From: Bacteroidota bacterium
Lineage (GTDB): Bacteria; Bacteroidota; Ignavibacteria; UBA10030; UBA6906
Length of the DNA stretch: 49,971 bases
Assembly: GCA_041493205.1 (NCBI GenBank)
Contig: JBGPYM010000001.1
Coordinates: 1-49,971 of the forward strand
Direction: 5' to 3'
In this document: piece by piece, positions 1-9,333 of the stretch
Layout: every line of letters starts with the position of its first letter
How positions within the stretch are numbered: the stretch's first letter is position 1
The notes under the pieces: generated by a model
Told to the model about the DNA's origin: nothing
The model's database searches: none
The model's input: the letters and a program-made list of their open reading frames with translations, nothing else
Made by a program: the position numbers and the translations under genes

Positions 1-192
1 CCGCCGGCGGCGGACGCGATACTGAAGGGGACGCCCCTGAAGGCGGACGTGATCCAGTACCCGAGGAAGATCGGAACGATCACGATCGAGAAAATCCGGG
101 ATCACTTTGCGGGAATAAGCGTGCCGCGGGTCGTCCCGGTCGACGTGGGGATCGCGGACGCCGCCACCCTGGCCAAAACCGAAGTGCACTGA
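1..192 (+). CDS. 3' end of a periplasmic sugar-binding protein (RbsB-like CUT2 ABC substrate-binding component), truncated by the window edge
   Basis: Frame 1 is open from base 1 to TGA at 190-192 (...LKGTPLKADVIQYPRKIGTITIEKIRDHFAG...ATLAKTEVH*). It ends 2 nt before the ABC ATPase start. It is missing from the ORF track because no start codon lies in the window. The family call rests on context and the look of the C-terminus only. Confidence 0.5.
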   Translation, partial: PPAADAILKGTPLKADVIQYPRKIGTITIEKIRDHFAGISVPRVVPVDVGIADAATLAKTEVH

Positions 193-194
193 CC

Positions 195-1688
195 GTGGCT
201 TTTCTCCTGAGCATGGAGGGGATGACAAAGCAGTACCCCGGGGTGCTTGCCCTCAGCAGCGTGAATTTCACGCTTGCACAGGGAGAGGTGAATTGCCTCG
301 TCGGGGAAAACGGCGCCGGGAAGTCTACGCTCATCAAGATCCTCTCGGGGGCAACACAACGTGACGCCGGAACGATCAGCATCGACGGGGACGCGGTCCA
401 CATCGCATCCCCGGTGGAGGCACAGCGCCTGGGGATCGGCGTCATCTATCAGGATTTCAAGCTGGTGCCGCACCTCACGGTGGCGGAAAACATCATGCTC
501 GGAAGCGAGCCTCTCCTGGGCAGGAGCCCGATCATCGACCGGGCCGCAATGCACCGCTCGGCCGCCGAGGCGCTCCGCATGCTCGGCGAGGAGATCGCAA
601 CGGACGCCGTGGTGGACGGGCTGAGCGTCGCCCAGCGGCAGGTGGTGGAAATCGCCAAGGCACTGTCGCGCAACGTGCGGATTCTGGCAATGGACGAGCC
701 CACGGCACCGCTCACGGAACGGGAAACCGAGAATCTCTTCGGAGTGATCCGGACGCTGAAAGCCCGCGGGGTCGGCATCATCTACATCTCCCACCGTCTG
801 GAGGAGATTTTCGAAGTCGGTGACCGCGTGACAGTGCTGCGGGACGGCAGGCACGTCCATGCCGGGGATGTCCATGCAATCGACCGCCGGGGTCTTATCC
901 GCCTGATGGTCGGGCGCGAGCTCGAAAACGAGTACCCGCGCGCCAGTCTCACACCGGGGGAGGAGATTTTGCGCGTGGAGCATCTCACCTCCGGACGCGT
1001 CACCGACGTCTCCCTGACCCTGTGCAGGGGCGAAATCCTCGGGCTCGCGGGCCTCGTGGGTGCCGGCCGGACCGAGCTGGCGCGTCTGCTCTTTGGCGCG
1101 GACCGCAGGACGGGCGGGCGGATCATTCTGGAAGGAAAAGAGATTGCCCCCGCATCACCGCACGAAGCAATCGAAGCGGGGATCGGACTGCTGACGGAGG
1201 ACAGGAACAAGTACGGCCTGATCATGCAGATGTCTGTCCGGGAAAACATCTCGCTCGCCAGCCTCGCAGATCTGCTCCGCGGACCATTCGTTGACAGGCG
1301 CCGGGAGGATGCTATCGCACGCCGGTTCACGGAAGAGCTCCGCATCAAGCCCCCCCACACCGAAGCTGCGGTGGAAACCCTCAGCGGCGGCAACCGGCAG
1401 AAGGTGGTTCTTGCACGCTGGCTGAATACCAAGGCGCGGGTGCTGATTTTCGACGAGCCGACGGCAGGGATCGATGTCGGCGTGAAGTATGAAATCTACA
1501 CGCTGATCAACCGTCTTGCCGAACGGGGCATCGGCGTCATCGTCATATCCTCGGACCTCCCCGAGCTCCTCGGCATCTGCACCCGGATTGCCGTTATGTG
1601 CGAGGGAAACCTCACGGGCGTCCTCGAGGCCGCAGAGGCCACGCAGGAGTCTGTCATGACCTACGCAACGCACCGGCAGCGTCGATGA
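195..1688 (+). CDS. sugar ABC transporter ATP-binding protein, tandem-NBD CUT2 type (RbsA/MglA-like)
   Basis: 497-aa ORF with two nucleotide-binding domains. Walker A: GENGAGKST and GLVGAGRTE. Signatures: LSVAQRQ and LSGGNRQK. Walker B: ILAMDEPT and VLIFDEPT. The GTG start at 195 lies 2 nt after the upstream stop; ATG 213 is an alternative. Confidence 0.9.
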   Translation: MAFLLSMEGMTKQYPGVLALSSVNFTLAQGEVNCLVGENGAGKSTLIKILSGATQRDAGTISIDGDAVHIASPVEAQRLGIGVIYQDFKLVPHLTVAENIMLGSEPLLGRSPIIDRAAMHRSAAEALRMLGEEIATDAVVDGLSVAQRQVVEIAKALSRNVRILAMDEPTAPLTERETENLFGVIRTLKARGVGIIYISHRLEEIFEVGDRVTVLRDGRHVHAGDVHAIDRRGLIRLMVGRELENEYPRASLTPGEEILRVEHLTSGRVTDVSLTLCRGEILGLAGLVGAGRTELARLLFGADRRTGGRIILEGKEIAPASPHEAIEAGIGLLTEDRNKYGLIMQMSVRENISLASLADLLRGPFVDRRREDAIARRFTEELRIKPPHTEAAVETLSGGNRQKVVLARWLNTKARVLIFDEPTAGIDVGVKYEIYTLINRLAERGIGVIVISSDLPELLGICTRIAVMCEGNLTGVLEAAEATQESVMTYATHRQRR

Positions 1689-2647
1689 CATCTTCCCGCT
1701 TCTCCATCGTCTCCAGGTTTTCGGGCGAATTCGGCATCGGGATCGCGTTTGTACTGGAGTTCATCCTCTTCGCTGTCCTTTCCCCGTATTTCTTTTCTCC
1801 CGACAACCTGCTGAACGTCAGCCTGCAGGCGTCGATCACCGCCATCATCGCCGCCGGGATGACATTCGTGATCCTGACCGGCGGCATCGATCTTTCCGTC
1901 GGTTCTCTTGTCGCGTTTGCGGGAATTATCACGACCGGGGTGCTGAAGTCCGGGCTCCCCCTTCCCGCAGCGTTTCTCGCCGCCCTGGCCGCGGGCCTCG
2001 CAGCCGGGGCCCTGGCAGGCGCGTTCGCCGGATTCTGCATCACCCGGTTCAGCATCACCCCCTTCATTGTCACGCTCGCGACCATGACAATCCTCCGCGG
2101 GGGCGCGTTTGTCATCACGGACGGACGCCCGGTCTGGGAACTTCCGGAGGCATTCGCATTCCTCGGGACGGGGCGCATCCTCGCCGTTCCGGTGCCGTCG
2201 ATCATCATGGTGCTCACCTTCATCGTGTCGCACATTGTTCTCACGCGCACCCGGTTCGGGCGGCACGTATATGCGGTGGGCGGCAATATCGAAGCCGCGC
2301 GCCTTGCAGGCATCAGGACGAACCGGGTGTTGACGAAGGTGTATGTCCTTTCAGGCGGCCTGGCCGCCCTGAGCGGCATCCTGCTTGCTTCACGGATGAA
2401 TTCCGGCCAGCCGAACGCCGGACTTTCGTACGAGCTCGACGTCATCGCGGCGGTGGTGGTCGGCGGCACCAGCCTCTCCGGAGGCAAAGGCTCGATCATC
2501 GGGACATTTATCGGCGCGATGCTGATCGCCGTGCTGCGCAACGGGCTCAACCTGCTCAACGTCGGCTCGTACGTGCAGCAGGTCATCGTCGGCGCCGTGA
2601 TTCTCCTTGCCGTCATGGTGGACCAGCTCCGGCGGCGGCACGGCTGA
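1685..2647 (+). CDS. sugar ABC transporter permease (RbsC/AraH family)
   Basis: Polytopic hydrophobic protein with the family-typical TGGIDLSVGS motif. I moved the start from track position 1598 to ATG 1685. That start overlaps the ATPase stop as ATGA and removes an Arg/Gly-rich non-membrane extension. Confidence 0.85.
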   Translation: MTSSRFSIVSRFSGEFGIGIAFVLEFILFAVLSPYFFSPDNLLNVSLQASITAIIAAGMTFVILTGGIDLSVGSLVAFAGIITTGVLKSGLPLPAAFLAALAAGLAAGALAGAFAGFCITRFSITPFIVTLATMTILRGGAFVITDGRPVWELPEAFAFLGTGRILAVPVPSIIMVLTFIVSHIVLTRTRFGRHVYAVGGNIEAARLAGIRTNRVLTKVYVLSGGLAALSGILLASRMNSGQPNAGLSYELDVIAAVVVGGTSLSGGKGSIIGTFIGAMLIAVLRNGLNLLNVGSYVQQVIVGAVILLAVMVDQLRRRHG

Positions 2648-2704
2648 CCGTACCACGGCATCCGCCCTGTCGCCCCTTGTGAACCATCCTTCAGGAAGAA
2701 TGCC

Positions 2705-5700
2705 ATGAAACATCTCCTTCTCCTCCTCGTCCTCAGCGTCGTCTCCGTCCTTCATGCACAGTCACCGGTCGACGGACTTGTCAACGACCTCAACTTTCTC
2801 AGCAAAGGATCCCTGGACCACTGGAAGTACAGCACGAGCTTTGCGGCGGACCCCACGGGACCCGGGTTCGACGATGCGCAGTGGCAGACGCTGTCGATCG
2901 GGCAGTCCATCTATCCCGATTCCTGCTGGCTCCGGAAGGAGGTGACGCTGCCGGACCGGATGCTCGGCTCTCCGACTTCCGGATCCGCGCGGTTTCTGGT
3001 GTCGGTCGATGACTACGGCTACCTCTGGGTGAACGGCACGCCCAGGGGACATTTCCCATGGGACGGCGACTTCGAGCTCACTGCCGCCGCCAGGCCGGGT
3101 CAGAAATTTCTTCTTGTGATCAAAGCAATCAACACCGGCGGGCCGTTGCGCCTCCTGCGCGCGCAGATCACCGGAGGGAAGGATACACTCCTCGCGAAAT
3201 CCATCGACGATTTTACGCTCGGACTCAGGGTCGCACAGAAGCTTCTCAGCTTTGACACCTACCAGACCAACGCGCGAAAAAAAGAGGACCCCGGCACAGA
3301 CAGGTCCGTCATGGACCGCGGTGAGAAGACCAGGCTGAATTCGCTGCTCCAGTCCGTGGCCGCGACCGTGAATGTGGATGCACTGCGGAACGGCAACGTG
3401 GACGCCTTCCGCACATCGCTGGCCTCAGCGCGCACGGCGCTCGCCCCCGTCGCTGCGTATGCGAAGCGATTCACGCTTTATTTCGACTCCAACGCGCACA
3501 TCGATGCCGCATGGCTCTGGCGGGAGAAGGAGACCATCATGATCTGCCGGAACACATTCGCCTCGGTGATGAATATGATGGCGCAGCGTCCGGGTTTCAC
3601 ATATACGCAGAGCTCGGCCGCCTACTACGACTGGATGGAGCGGTTGTACCCCGAACTCTTCAGCCAGATTCAGCAGCGCGTGAAGGACGGCCGGTGGGAG
3701 GTCGTCGGCGGCATGTGGGTCGAACCCGACTGCAACCTTCCCTCGGGTGAGTCGTGGGCGCGGCATCTCCTCTATGCCAAGCGATACTTCCGCAACAAGC
3801 TCAGCACCGACGTGAAAATCGGATGGAATCCGGATTCCTTCGGTTACAACCTGATGATGCCCGCATTCTACGCGCATGCGGGGATCGATGCGTTCATCAC
3901 CCAGAAAATCGGTTGGAACGAGACGAATGTGTTCCCGTACCGGCTGTTCTGGTGGGAATCGCCCGACCGCTCCCGCATTCTGAGCTATTTCCCCTTCGAC
4001 TATGTCAATACCGTGGATGATCCTTTCCGGCTGGTGGACTGGCTTCGGCAGTTTGAAGCGAACACCGGATTCACCAGGATGCTTATCCTCTTCGGCGTGG
4101 GCGATCACGGCGGCGGTCCTTCCCTGGAGATGCTCGACCGGATCGACCGCCTGAAGACAATCGACATCTTCCCCGCGATCGAAGAAGGGACGGCCGGATC
4201 ATATCTCACCTGGCTCCGCGCCCATGATCTCTCGACACTCCCGGTATGGAAGGATGAACTCTATCTCGAGTACCATCAGGGCACGTTCACAACGCAGGCT
4301 GCGATGAAGGCCTTGAACAGGTCCAATGAAGTCGTGCTCACCAACGCGGAAAAGGCCTCCTCCCTCGCCTCCCTTTCGGGACGTCAGTACAATGCCGCCG
4401 CCCTCGGCGATGCCTGGAAGAAGCTGCTCTTCAATCAGTTTCACGACATCCTGCCCGGGTCCGGAATCAGGGAGGTGTACCTCGACGCGGCCGCATCGCA
4501 CCATGAGGTCGCAGCAATCGGCACGCACGAGCTTCAGGCGGCCCTCGACCACGTCAGCCGGCAGGTGAATACCGCACCCCTCCGCCGCGGGACCCCGGTG
4601 GTTGTCTATAATACGCTCTCCTGGGAGCGGACCGATCTCGCCGCAGTGAAGCTTCCGGAAAACGACACGACGGCATACGCCGTGTTCGATGCGCGGGGGA
4701 AGGAGTTGCCGTCGCAGGTCGCATGGACTTCCCGGTACGCACGGGATCTCCTCTTCATCGCGCCGCGCGTTCCTTCGCTGGGGTATGCCACATTCGAATT
4801 GAGAAAGCAGAAAACTGCTCCGGTGCAGTCGCTGTCGCGAGTCGAAGGATACGCCATGGAGAACGGTCTGTACCGTATCACCGTCGATAGCAACAGCGGC
4901 TGGGTGTCGAGCATCAGGGACAAAAGAAACGGGATGGAGCTGCTCGGAGGAAACGGCAACGAGCTCCAGCTTCTCGAAGACAAACCGACGGCATGGGACG
5001 CGTGGAATATCGGGCTTACCGGCGTGAAGTTTCCGTCGGCATTCCGGGGGGCTGAGGTGCTCGAACGGGGGCCCGTCCGCTTTGTTCTCCGGTTGCACAG
5101 AGACTACCTGAAACCGGGAACCGTGAAGGACTTTCCCACGGAGGACTTCCCGTCCTCCTTCTTTATCCAGGATATCGTTCTGTATGACGGTCTTGACCGG
5201 ATAGATTTCGAGACCGGTGCGGACTGGTGGGAAGAAAAGACCATGCTCAAGGTGGCCTTCCCCCTTGCATTCACCGACACCGCCGCGACGTACGAAATCC
5301 CTTACGGAACGATCCGCCGCTCCACCCGGAACCGCACCAGCGTCGAGAAGGCTCAGGGGGAAGTCCCGGCCGCACGGTGGGCCGACGTCTCCGCATCGGG
5401 ATACGGCGTCACGCTGATCAACAACGCAAAATACGGATACGACATCAAGGGCCATACAATGCGGTTGTCGCTCCTCCGGTCGCCCACATGGCCCGACCCG
5501 ACCGCCGACCGGGGGAAACACGCGATTTCGTATGCGCTCTACCCGCACACGGGGGATTGGGTTGCGGCGGCTTCGTACCAGCGTGGATACGAATTCAACA
5601 CACCCCTGTTGGCCAGAATCACAACGACGCATGCAGGGAGGCTGCCGGTTTCATCTTCCTTTGTGTCGATCGCGCCGTCCCATTTCGTTCTGACCTCCCT

Positions 5701-5914
5701 GAAGCAGGCGGAGGACGGTCCGGCGTGGGTCATGCAATGGTATGACGTCACGGGTGAAGGGGGCGATGCAGTCCTGCGCCTCCCCGCGCGACCGCGAAAA
5801 GTCGTCATGACGGATTTTGTGGAGGACGACGGGGCCCCGGTGACGAATGCGGGAGCGATGGTGACTGTCCCCACGCCTCCGCACGGCATCATGACGCTCA
5901 AGGTGTACTGGTAG
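2705..5914 (+). CDS. secreted GH38 alpha-mannosidase with an N-terminal beta-sandwich extension of about 255 aa
   Basis: GH38 hallmarks: HIDAAWLW, GGMWVEPDCNLPSGES, GWNPDSFGY (nucleophile Asp region) and FGVGDHGGGP. N-terminal signal peptide MKHLLLLLVLSVVSVLHAQ. AGGAAG lies upstream of the ATG. Confidence 0.85.
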   Translation: MKHLLLLLVLSVVSVLHAQSPVDGLVNDLNFLSKGSLDHWKYSTSFAADPTGPGFDDAQWQTLSIGQSIYPDSCWLRKEVTLPDRMLGSPTSGSARFLVSVDDYGYLWVNGTPRGHFPWDGDFELTAAARPGQKFLLVIKAINTGGPLRLLRAQITGGKDTLLAKSIDDFTLGLRVAQKLLSFDTYQTNARKKEDPGTDRSVMDRGEKTRLNSLLQSVAATVNVDALRNGNVDAFRTSLASARTALAPVAAYAKRFTLYFDSNAHIDAAWLWREKETIMICRNTFASVMNMMAQRPGFTYTQSSAAYYDWMERLYPELFSQIQQRVKDGRWEVVGGMWVEPDCNLPSGESWARHLLYAKRYFRNKLSTDVKIGWNPDSFGYNLMMPAFYAHAGIDAFITQKIGWNETNVFPYRLFWWESPDRSRILSYFPFDYVNTVDDPFRLVDWLRQFEANTGFTRMLILFGVGDHGGGPSLEMLDRIDRLKTIDIFPAIEEGTAGSYLTWLRAHDLSTLPVWKDELYLEYHQGTFTTQAAMKALNRSNEVVLTNAEKASSLASLSGRQYNAAALGDAWKKLLFNQFHDILPGSGIREVYLDAAASHHEVAAIGTHELQAALDHVSRQVNTAPLRRGTPVVVYNTLSWERTDLAAVKLPENDTTAYAVFDARGKELPSQVAWTSRYARDLLFIAPRVPSLGYATFELRKQKTAPVQSLSRVEGYAMENGLYRITVDSNSGWVSSIRDKRNGMELLGGNGNELQLLEDKPTAWDAWNIGLTGVKFPSAFRGAEVLERGPVRFVLRLHRDYLKPGTVKDFPTEDFPSSFFIQDIVLYDGLDRIDFETGADWWEEKTMLKVAFPLAFTDTAATYEIPYGTIRRSTRNRTSVEKAQGEVPAARWADVSASGYGVTLINNAKYGYDIKGHTMRLSLLRSPTWPDPTADRGKHAISYALYPHTGDWVAAASYQRGYEFNTPLLARITTTHAGRLPVSSSFVSIAPSHFVLTSLKQAEDGPAWVMQWYDVTGEGGDAVLRLPARPRKVVMTDFVEDDGAPVTNAGAMVTVPTPPHGIMTLKVYW

Positions 5915-5924
5915 GCATTTTCCC

Positions 5925-6752
5925 ATGCGCAACGGCCGCACACTTTCCAGCTATGCCGGTTCAGGCGCACTGGTGCTGCTTGCAGCCACCATGCTGGCGC
6001 CGTTTCTCTGGATGATCAGCACGTCGCTCATGGGGGAGTATGAAGTGTTTCAGTTCCCCCCGCGTTTTCTCCCGGCAACGCTGCGCTGGTCGAATTATCC
6101 GGAAGCGATGGGGATGCAGCCGTTCGCGCGGTTTTTCCTGAACACGGCGATCGTCGCAGGCGTCTCGGTTGCCGGGCAGCTGCTCTTCTGCTCCATGGCG
6201 GCGTATGCGTTCGCCCGCCTCCGTTTTCCCGGCCGGGACCGGCTCTTTGGCGCGTATCTCGCGACCATGATGATCCCGGCGATTGTCACCATCATCCCCG
6301 CATTTCTTCTCGTCAGCCGGCTCGGCCTGATCAATACGTACCCGGCGCTCTTCCTGCCGACCATGTCGAGCGTCTGGGGGATTTTCCTCCTCCGCCAGTT
6401 TTTCCTCACCATCCCCCGGGACCTCGAAGACGCCGCGCGGGTGGACGGCGCTTCAGAGCTTGCCATTTTCTGGCGGATCATCCTCCCCCTCTCGAAGCCG
6501 GCGCTCGCCACCCTGGCTATCTTTGCATTCATGGCAAGCTGGAAGGACTTCCTCTGGCCGCTGATCGTCACCAACCGTACCGACATGCGGACCGTCGAGG
6601 TGGGTATTGCCGGATTTAACAGCCTGTACGCGACCGACTGGCCCCACCAGATGGCGGCAGCGGTCGTGGTGCTCCTCCCGGTGATCATTGTTTTCTTCCT
6701 CGCACAGAAGTACTTTGTAAGGGGCATAACGCTCACAGGGATCAAGGGATAA
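5925..6752 (+). CDS. carbohydrate ABC transporter permease, CUT1 MalG-like
   Basis: 275-aa, 6-TM-like protein with an EAA loop (DLEDAARVDGASELAIFWRIILPLSKPAL). No MalF-like partner, binding protein or MalK-like ATPase is adjacent. Confidence 0.8.
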   Translation: MRNGRTLSSYAGSGALVLLAATMLAPFLWMISTSLMGEYEVFQFPPRFLPATLRWSNYPEAMGMQPFARFFLNTAIVAGVSVAGQLLFCSMAAYAFARLRFPGRDRLFGAYLATMMIPAIVTIIPAFLLVSRLGLINTYPALFLPTMSSVWGIFLLRQFFLTIPRDLEDAARVDGASELAIFWRIILPLSKPALATLAIFAFMASWKDFLWPLIVTNRTDMRTVEVGIAGFNSLYATDWPHQMAAAVVVLLPVIIVFFLAQKYFVRGITLTGIKG

Positions 6753-6753
6753 A

Positions 6754-9333
6754 TTGAAGATTGCAGGTCCATTGATATGCGCAGCGTTCCTTGCCGCGCA
6801 GGCGATGGCACAGCCGGGAACGATCAGGCGGGTTGCGATCGATGCGAACCCGATTGAACTCACCCGCCTTGCCCAGCCATCGACGTACTTCGACAAGGTG
6901 GGGAGAAAATTTGCACTCCTCGGCACCGAGAGCGGATCGTTTGAAGCGTGGGCCTATCCCCTCAAACTCGTGCGCGATTTCGAATTCTCGTTCTTTATCG
7001 GCAGCTCGACCGAACCGATCCGCGGGAAAGACGTCGTCCGGTACATTACCGCAAGGCCGGAGGCAACGACGATCACATATACATACCAGTCGTTCACCGT
7101 CCGGGCCACCTATTGCACACCGATCGATCAGCCCGGCGCGTTCATCCTCCTTGACGTCGATGCCACCGAAACGCTCTCCGTCGTTTGCAGCTTCCTTCCC
7201 GTGTTGCAGCCGATGTGGCCGGCCGGTATCGGAGGGCAGTATGCCGTCTGGGATGCCGCAACACAGGCATACCTGATTTCGGAGCCGACACGGAAAAACC
7301 ACGGGTTCATAGGGTCTCCTTCGGCCGAAGGGATATCGTATACGCCGGCACACATGCTTTCGGACACGCCGAATCAATTCCGCATCCGGATCGCATCCCC
7401 CGATTCAGTCCGCGACCGCTCCATCGTGATCGCGATAGCGGGAGGCAAGGGAACCCGGGATGAGGTGAGGGCCAGCTATCTCCGGCTTCTTAAAAATCCT
7501 GAAGCCGTGTACCGGGAAACTGCGCGTCACTATGCGGCACTCCGGATGGAAACGATGCAGGTGGAAACGCCCGACCGTCGTATCAATCTGGCGTTCGAAT
7601 GGGGCAAAGTCGCGTACGATAACCTTCTCGTGGAGCATCCCGATCTTGGCAGGGGTCTCGTGGCCGGGCTTGGTCCTTCAGGCCCGGGAGGCAGGCCCGG
7701 GTTCGGATGGTTTTTCGGAGGAGATGCGTTTATCAATACGTTCAGCCTCGACAGCTATGGCGCATACGGGACCGTCCGGGATGCGCTGACCTTCACGCAG
7801 AAATGGCAGCGTGCGGACGGCAAGATGGCGCATGAGCTCTCGCAGGCGGCCGGGTATGTTGACTGGTTCAAGGACTACCCGTACGCCTACATTCACGGAG
7901 ACACCAGCCCCTTTTACATTACCGCGATGTATGATTACTATTGCGCGACGGGCGACACGGACTATGTGAAACGGAGCTGGACGTCACTCCGGAAAGCGTA
8001 TGAGTGGTCCCGCGGGACGGATGAGGACGGGGACGGGTTGATGGACAATGCGAAGGCGGGACTCGGCGCATCGGAATACGGAAGCCTGACCGGCGTCCAG
8101 AGCGACATTTACACGGCTGCCGTCTGGGTCCGCGCCCTGAACGTCCTCGGTCCGCTTGCGCGGGCGGCGGGCGAGGGAGGTTTTGCCTCGTCGGTTGAGC
8201 CGCTCCGCCGGAAAGCCGCGGCATCATTCAATGAGAAGTTCTGGGATGAACCGAGGGGCCAGTACGCGTATGCATTCGATGCCGCGGGGAGCCGTGTTTC
8301 TCTCGTCTCTCCCTGGAGTTCGGTCGGGATGATGTGGGGACTCGGTGATTCCTCCCGCAGCGCCCGCACGCTCGAAAAGCTCAGCTCGTCCGAACTCGCC
8401 ACCGACTGGGGAACCCGCAGCATCTCGAACCGCTCTCCCCTGTATGAGCCTCTGAATTACAATTACGGAGCCGTCTGGCCGTTCCTGACAAGCTGGGTCG
8501 CAGCGGCGCAGTATGCCCACCATTGTGCGCTGCAGGGCTTCGGATCATTGATGGCAAGCGTGCAGCACACATTTGACAACGGCCCGGGGGTCGTCACCGA
8601 AGTGTTTTCGGGATCAGCCAACATCTGGCCCCAGGAGGCGGTCCCGCACCAGGGGTTCTGCACGGCAGGCGTGATGATGCCGTTCGTGCGCGGCATGCTG
8701 GGTCTCGCTCACAACGCCGTCGAGGGGTTACTGACGTTTGCGCCCCATCTCCCCGCCGATTGGTCCGCCGTCCAGATCCGCCGTTGCCGTTTCGGAGACC
8801 GGGATGTGTCCCTTGACTATTCCCGTACGCGGAACCGCGTGGAAGTACGTGCGCGTCTTGTTCACGGGGCGGCGACGCGTCTCCGTCTCGCGCCGGCCTT
8901 CGGCATTGGGACCCGCATTACCGGGGTAGAGGTCAACGGGGCCCCGCACCTCTTCACGACCATTCTCTCTTCACAGACCATACAGGCGGACTTCGACATC
9001 ACGCTTGCCGACAGCGCGCGCGTTGTCATAGCATTCGTTCCGGGCGTCGAACTGCTCCCGCCCCTCACGGAAACGCACACCGGCGACGCCAACCATGGTT
9101 TGAAGATCATCCGGACTTCGCTCCGTGGCAATCGTCTGAGCATCATGGTCGAAGGGTTATCCGGAACGGAGTATTTCCTCGGCGCCGCCAACCCTGCGCG
9201 CATCGCGTTGGTCAGCGGCGCAGGGAAGACGGGGAACGGTATCAGGATACTGATGCCGGCGGGGAAGGCAGGAGAATTTGTACGGACCGAATTCACCATC
9301 ACGATGAGCGAGGAACCGCAGGGGGAGGGATGA
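6754..9333 (+). CDS. secreted (alpha/alpha)6-barrel glycoside hydrolase, glycogen-debranching-enzyme C-terminal (GDE_C / amylo-alpha-1,6-glucosidase-like) family
   Basis: Signal peptide MKIAGPLICAAFLAAQAMAQ. The core motifs GFGWFFGGDAFINTF, GKMAHELS, GDTSPFYI, DEDGDGLMDN and LATDWGTRSISN...YNYGAVWPF resemble the COG3408-type debranching enzyme fold. It is a paralog of 16940-20230. Substrate unknown. Confidence 0.6.
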   Translation: MKIAGPLICAAFLAAQAMAQPGTIRRVAIDANPIELTRLAQPSTYFDKVGRKFALLGTESGSFEAWAYPLKLVRDFEFSFFIGSSTEPIRGKDVVRYITARPEATTITYTYQSFTVRATYCTPIDQPGAFILLDVDATETLSVVCSFLPVLQPMWPAGIGGQYAVWDAATQAYLISEPTRKNHGFIGSPSAEGISYTPAHMLSDTPNQFRIRIASPDSVRDRSIVIAIAGGKGTRDEVRASYLRLLKNPEAVYRETARHYAALRMETMQVETPDRRINLAFEWGKVAYDNLLVEHPDLGRGLVAGLGPSGPGGRPGFGWFFGGDAFINTFSLDSYGAYGTVRDALTFTQKWQRADGKMAHELSQAAGYVDWFKDYPYAYIHGDTSPFYITAMYDYYCATGDTDYVKRSWTSLRKAYEWSRGTDEDGDGLMDNAKAGLGASEYGSLTGVQSDIYTAAVWVRALNVLGPLARAAGEGGFASSVEPLRRKAAASFNEKFWDEPRGQYAYAFDAAGSRVSLVSPWSSVGMMWGLGDSSRSARTLEKLSSSELATDWGTRSISNRSPLYEPLNYNYGAVWPFLTSWVAAAQYAHHCALQGFGSLMASVQHTFDNGPGVVTEVFSGSANIWPQEAVPHQGFCTAGVMMPFVRGMLGLAHNAVEGLLTFAPHLPADWSAVQIRRCRFGDRDVSLDYSRTRNRVEVRARLVHGAATRLRLAPAFGIGTRITGVEVNGAPHLFTTILSSQTIQADFDITLADSARVVIAFVPGVELLPPLTETHTGDANHGLKIIRTSLRGNRLSIMVEGLSGTEYFLGAANPARIALVSGAGKTGNGIRILMPAGKAGEFVRTEFTITMSEEPQGEG

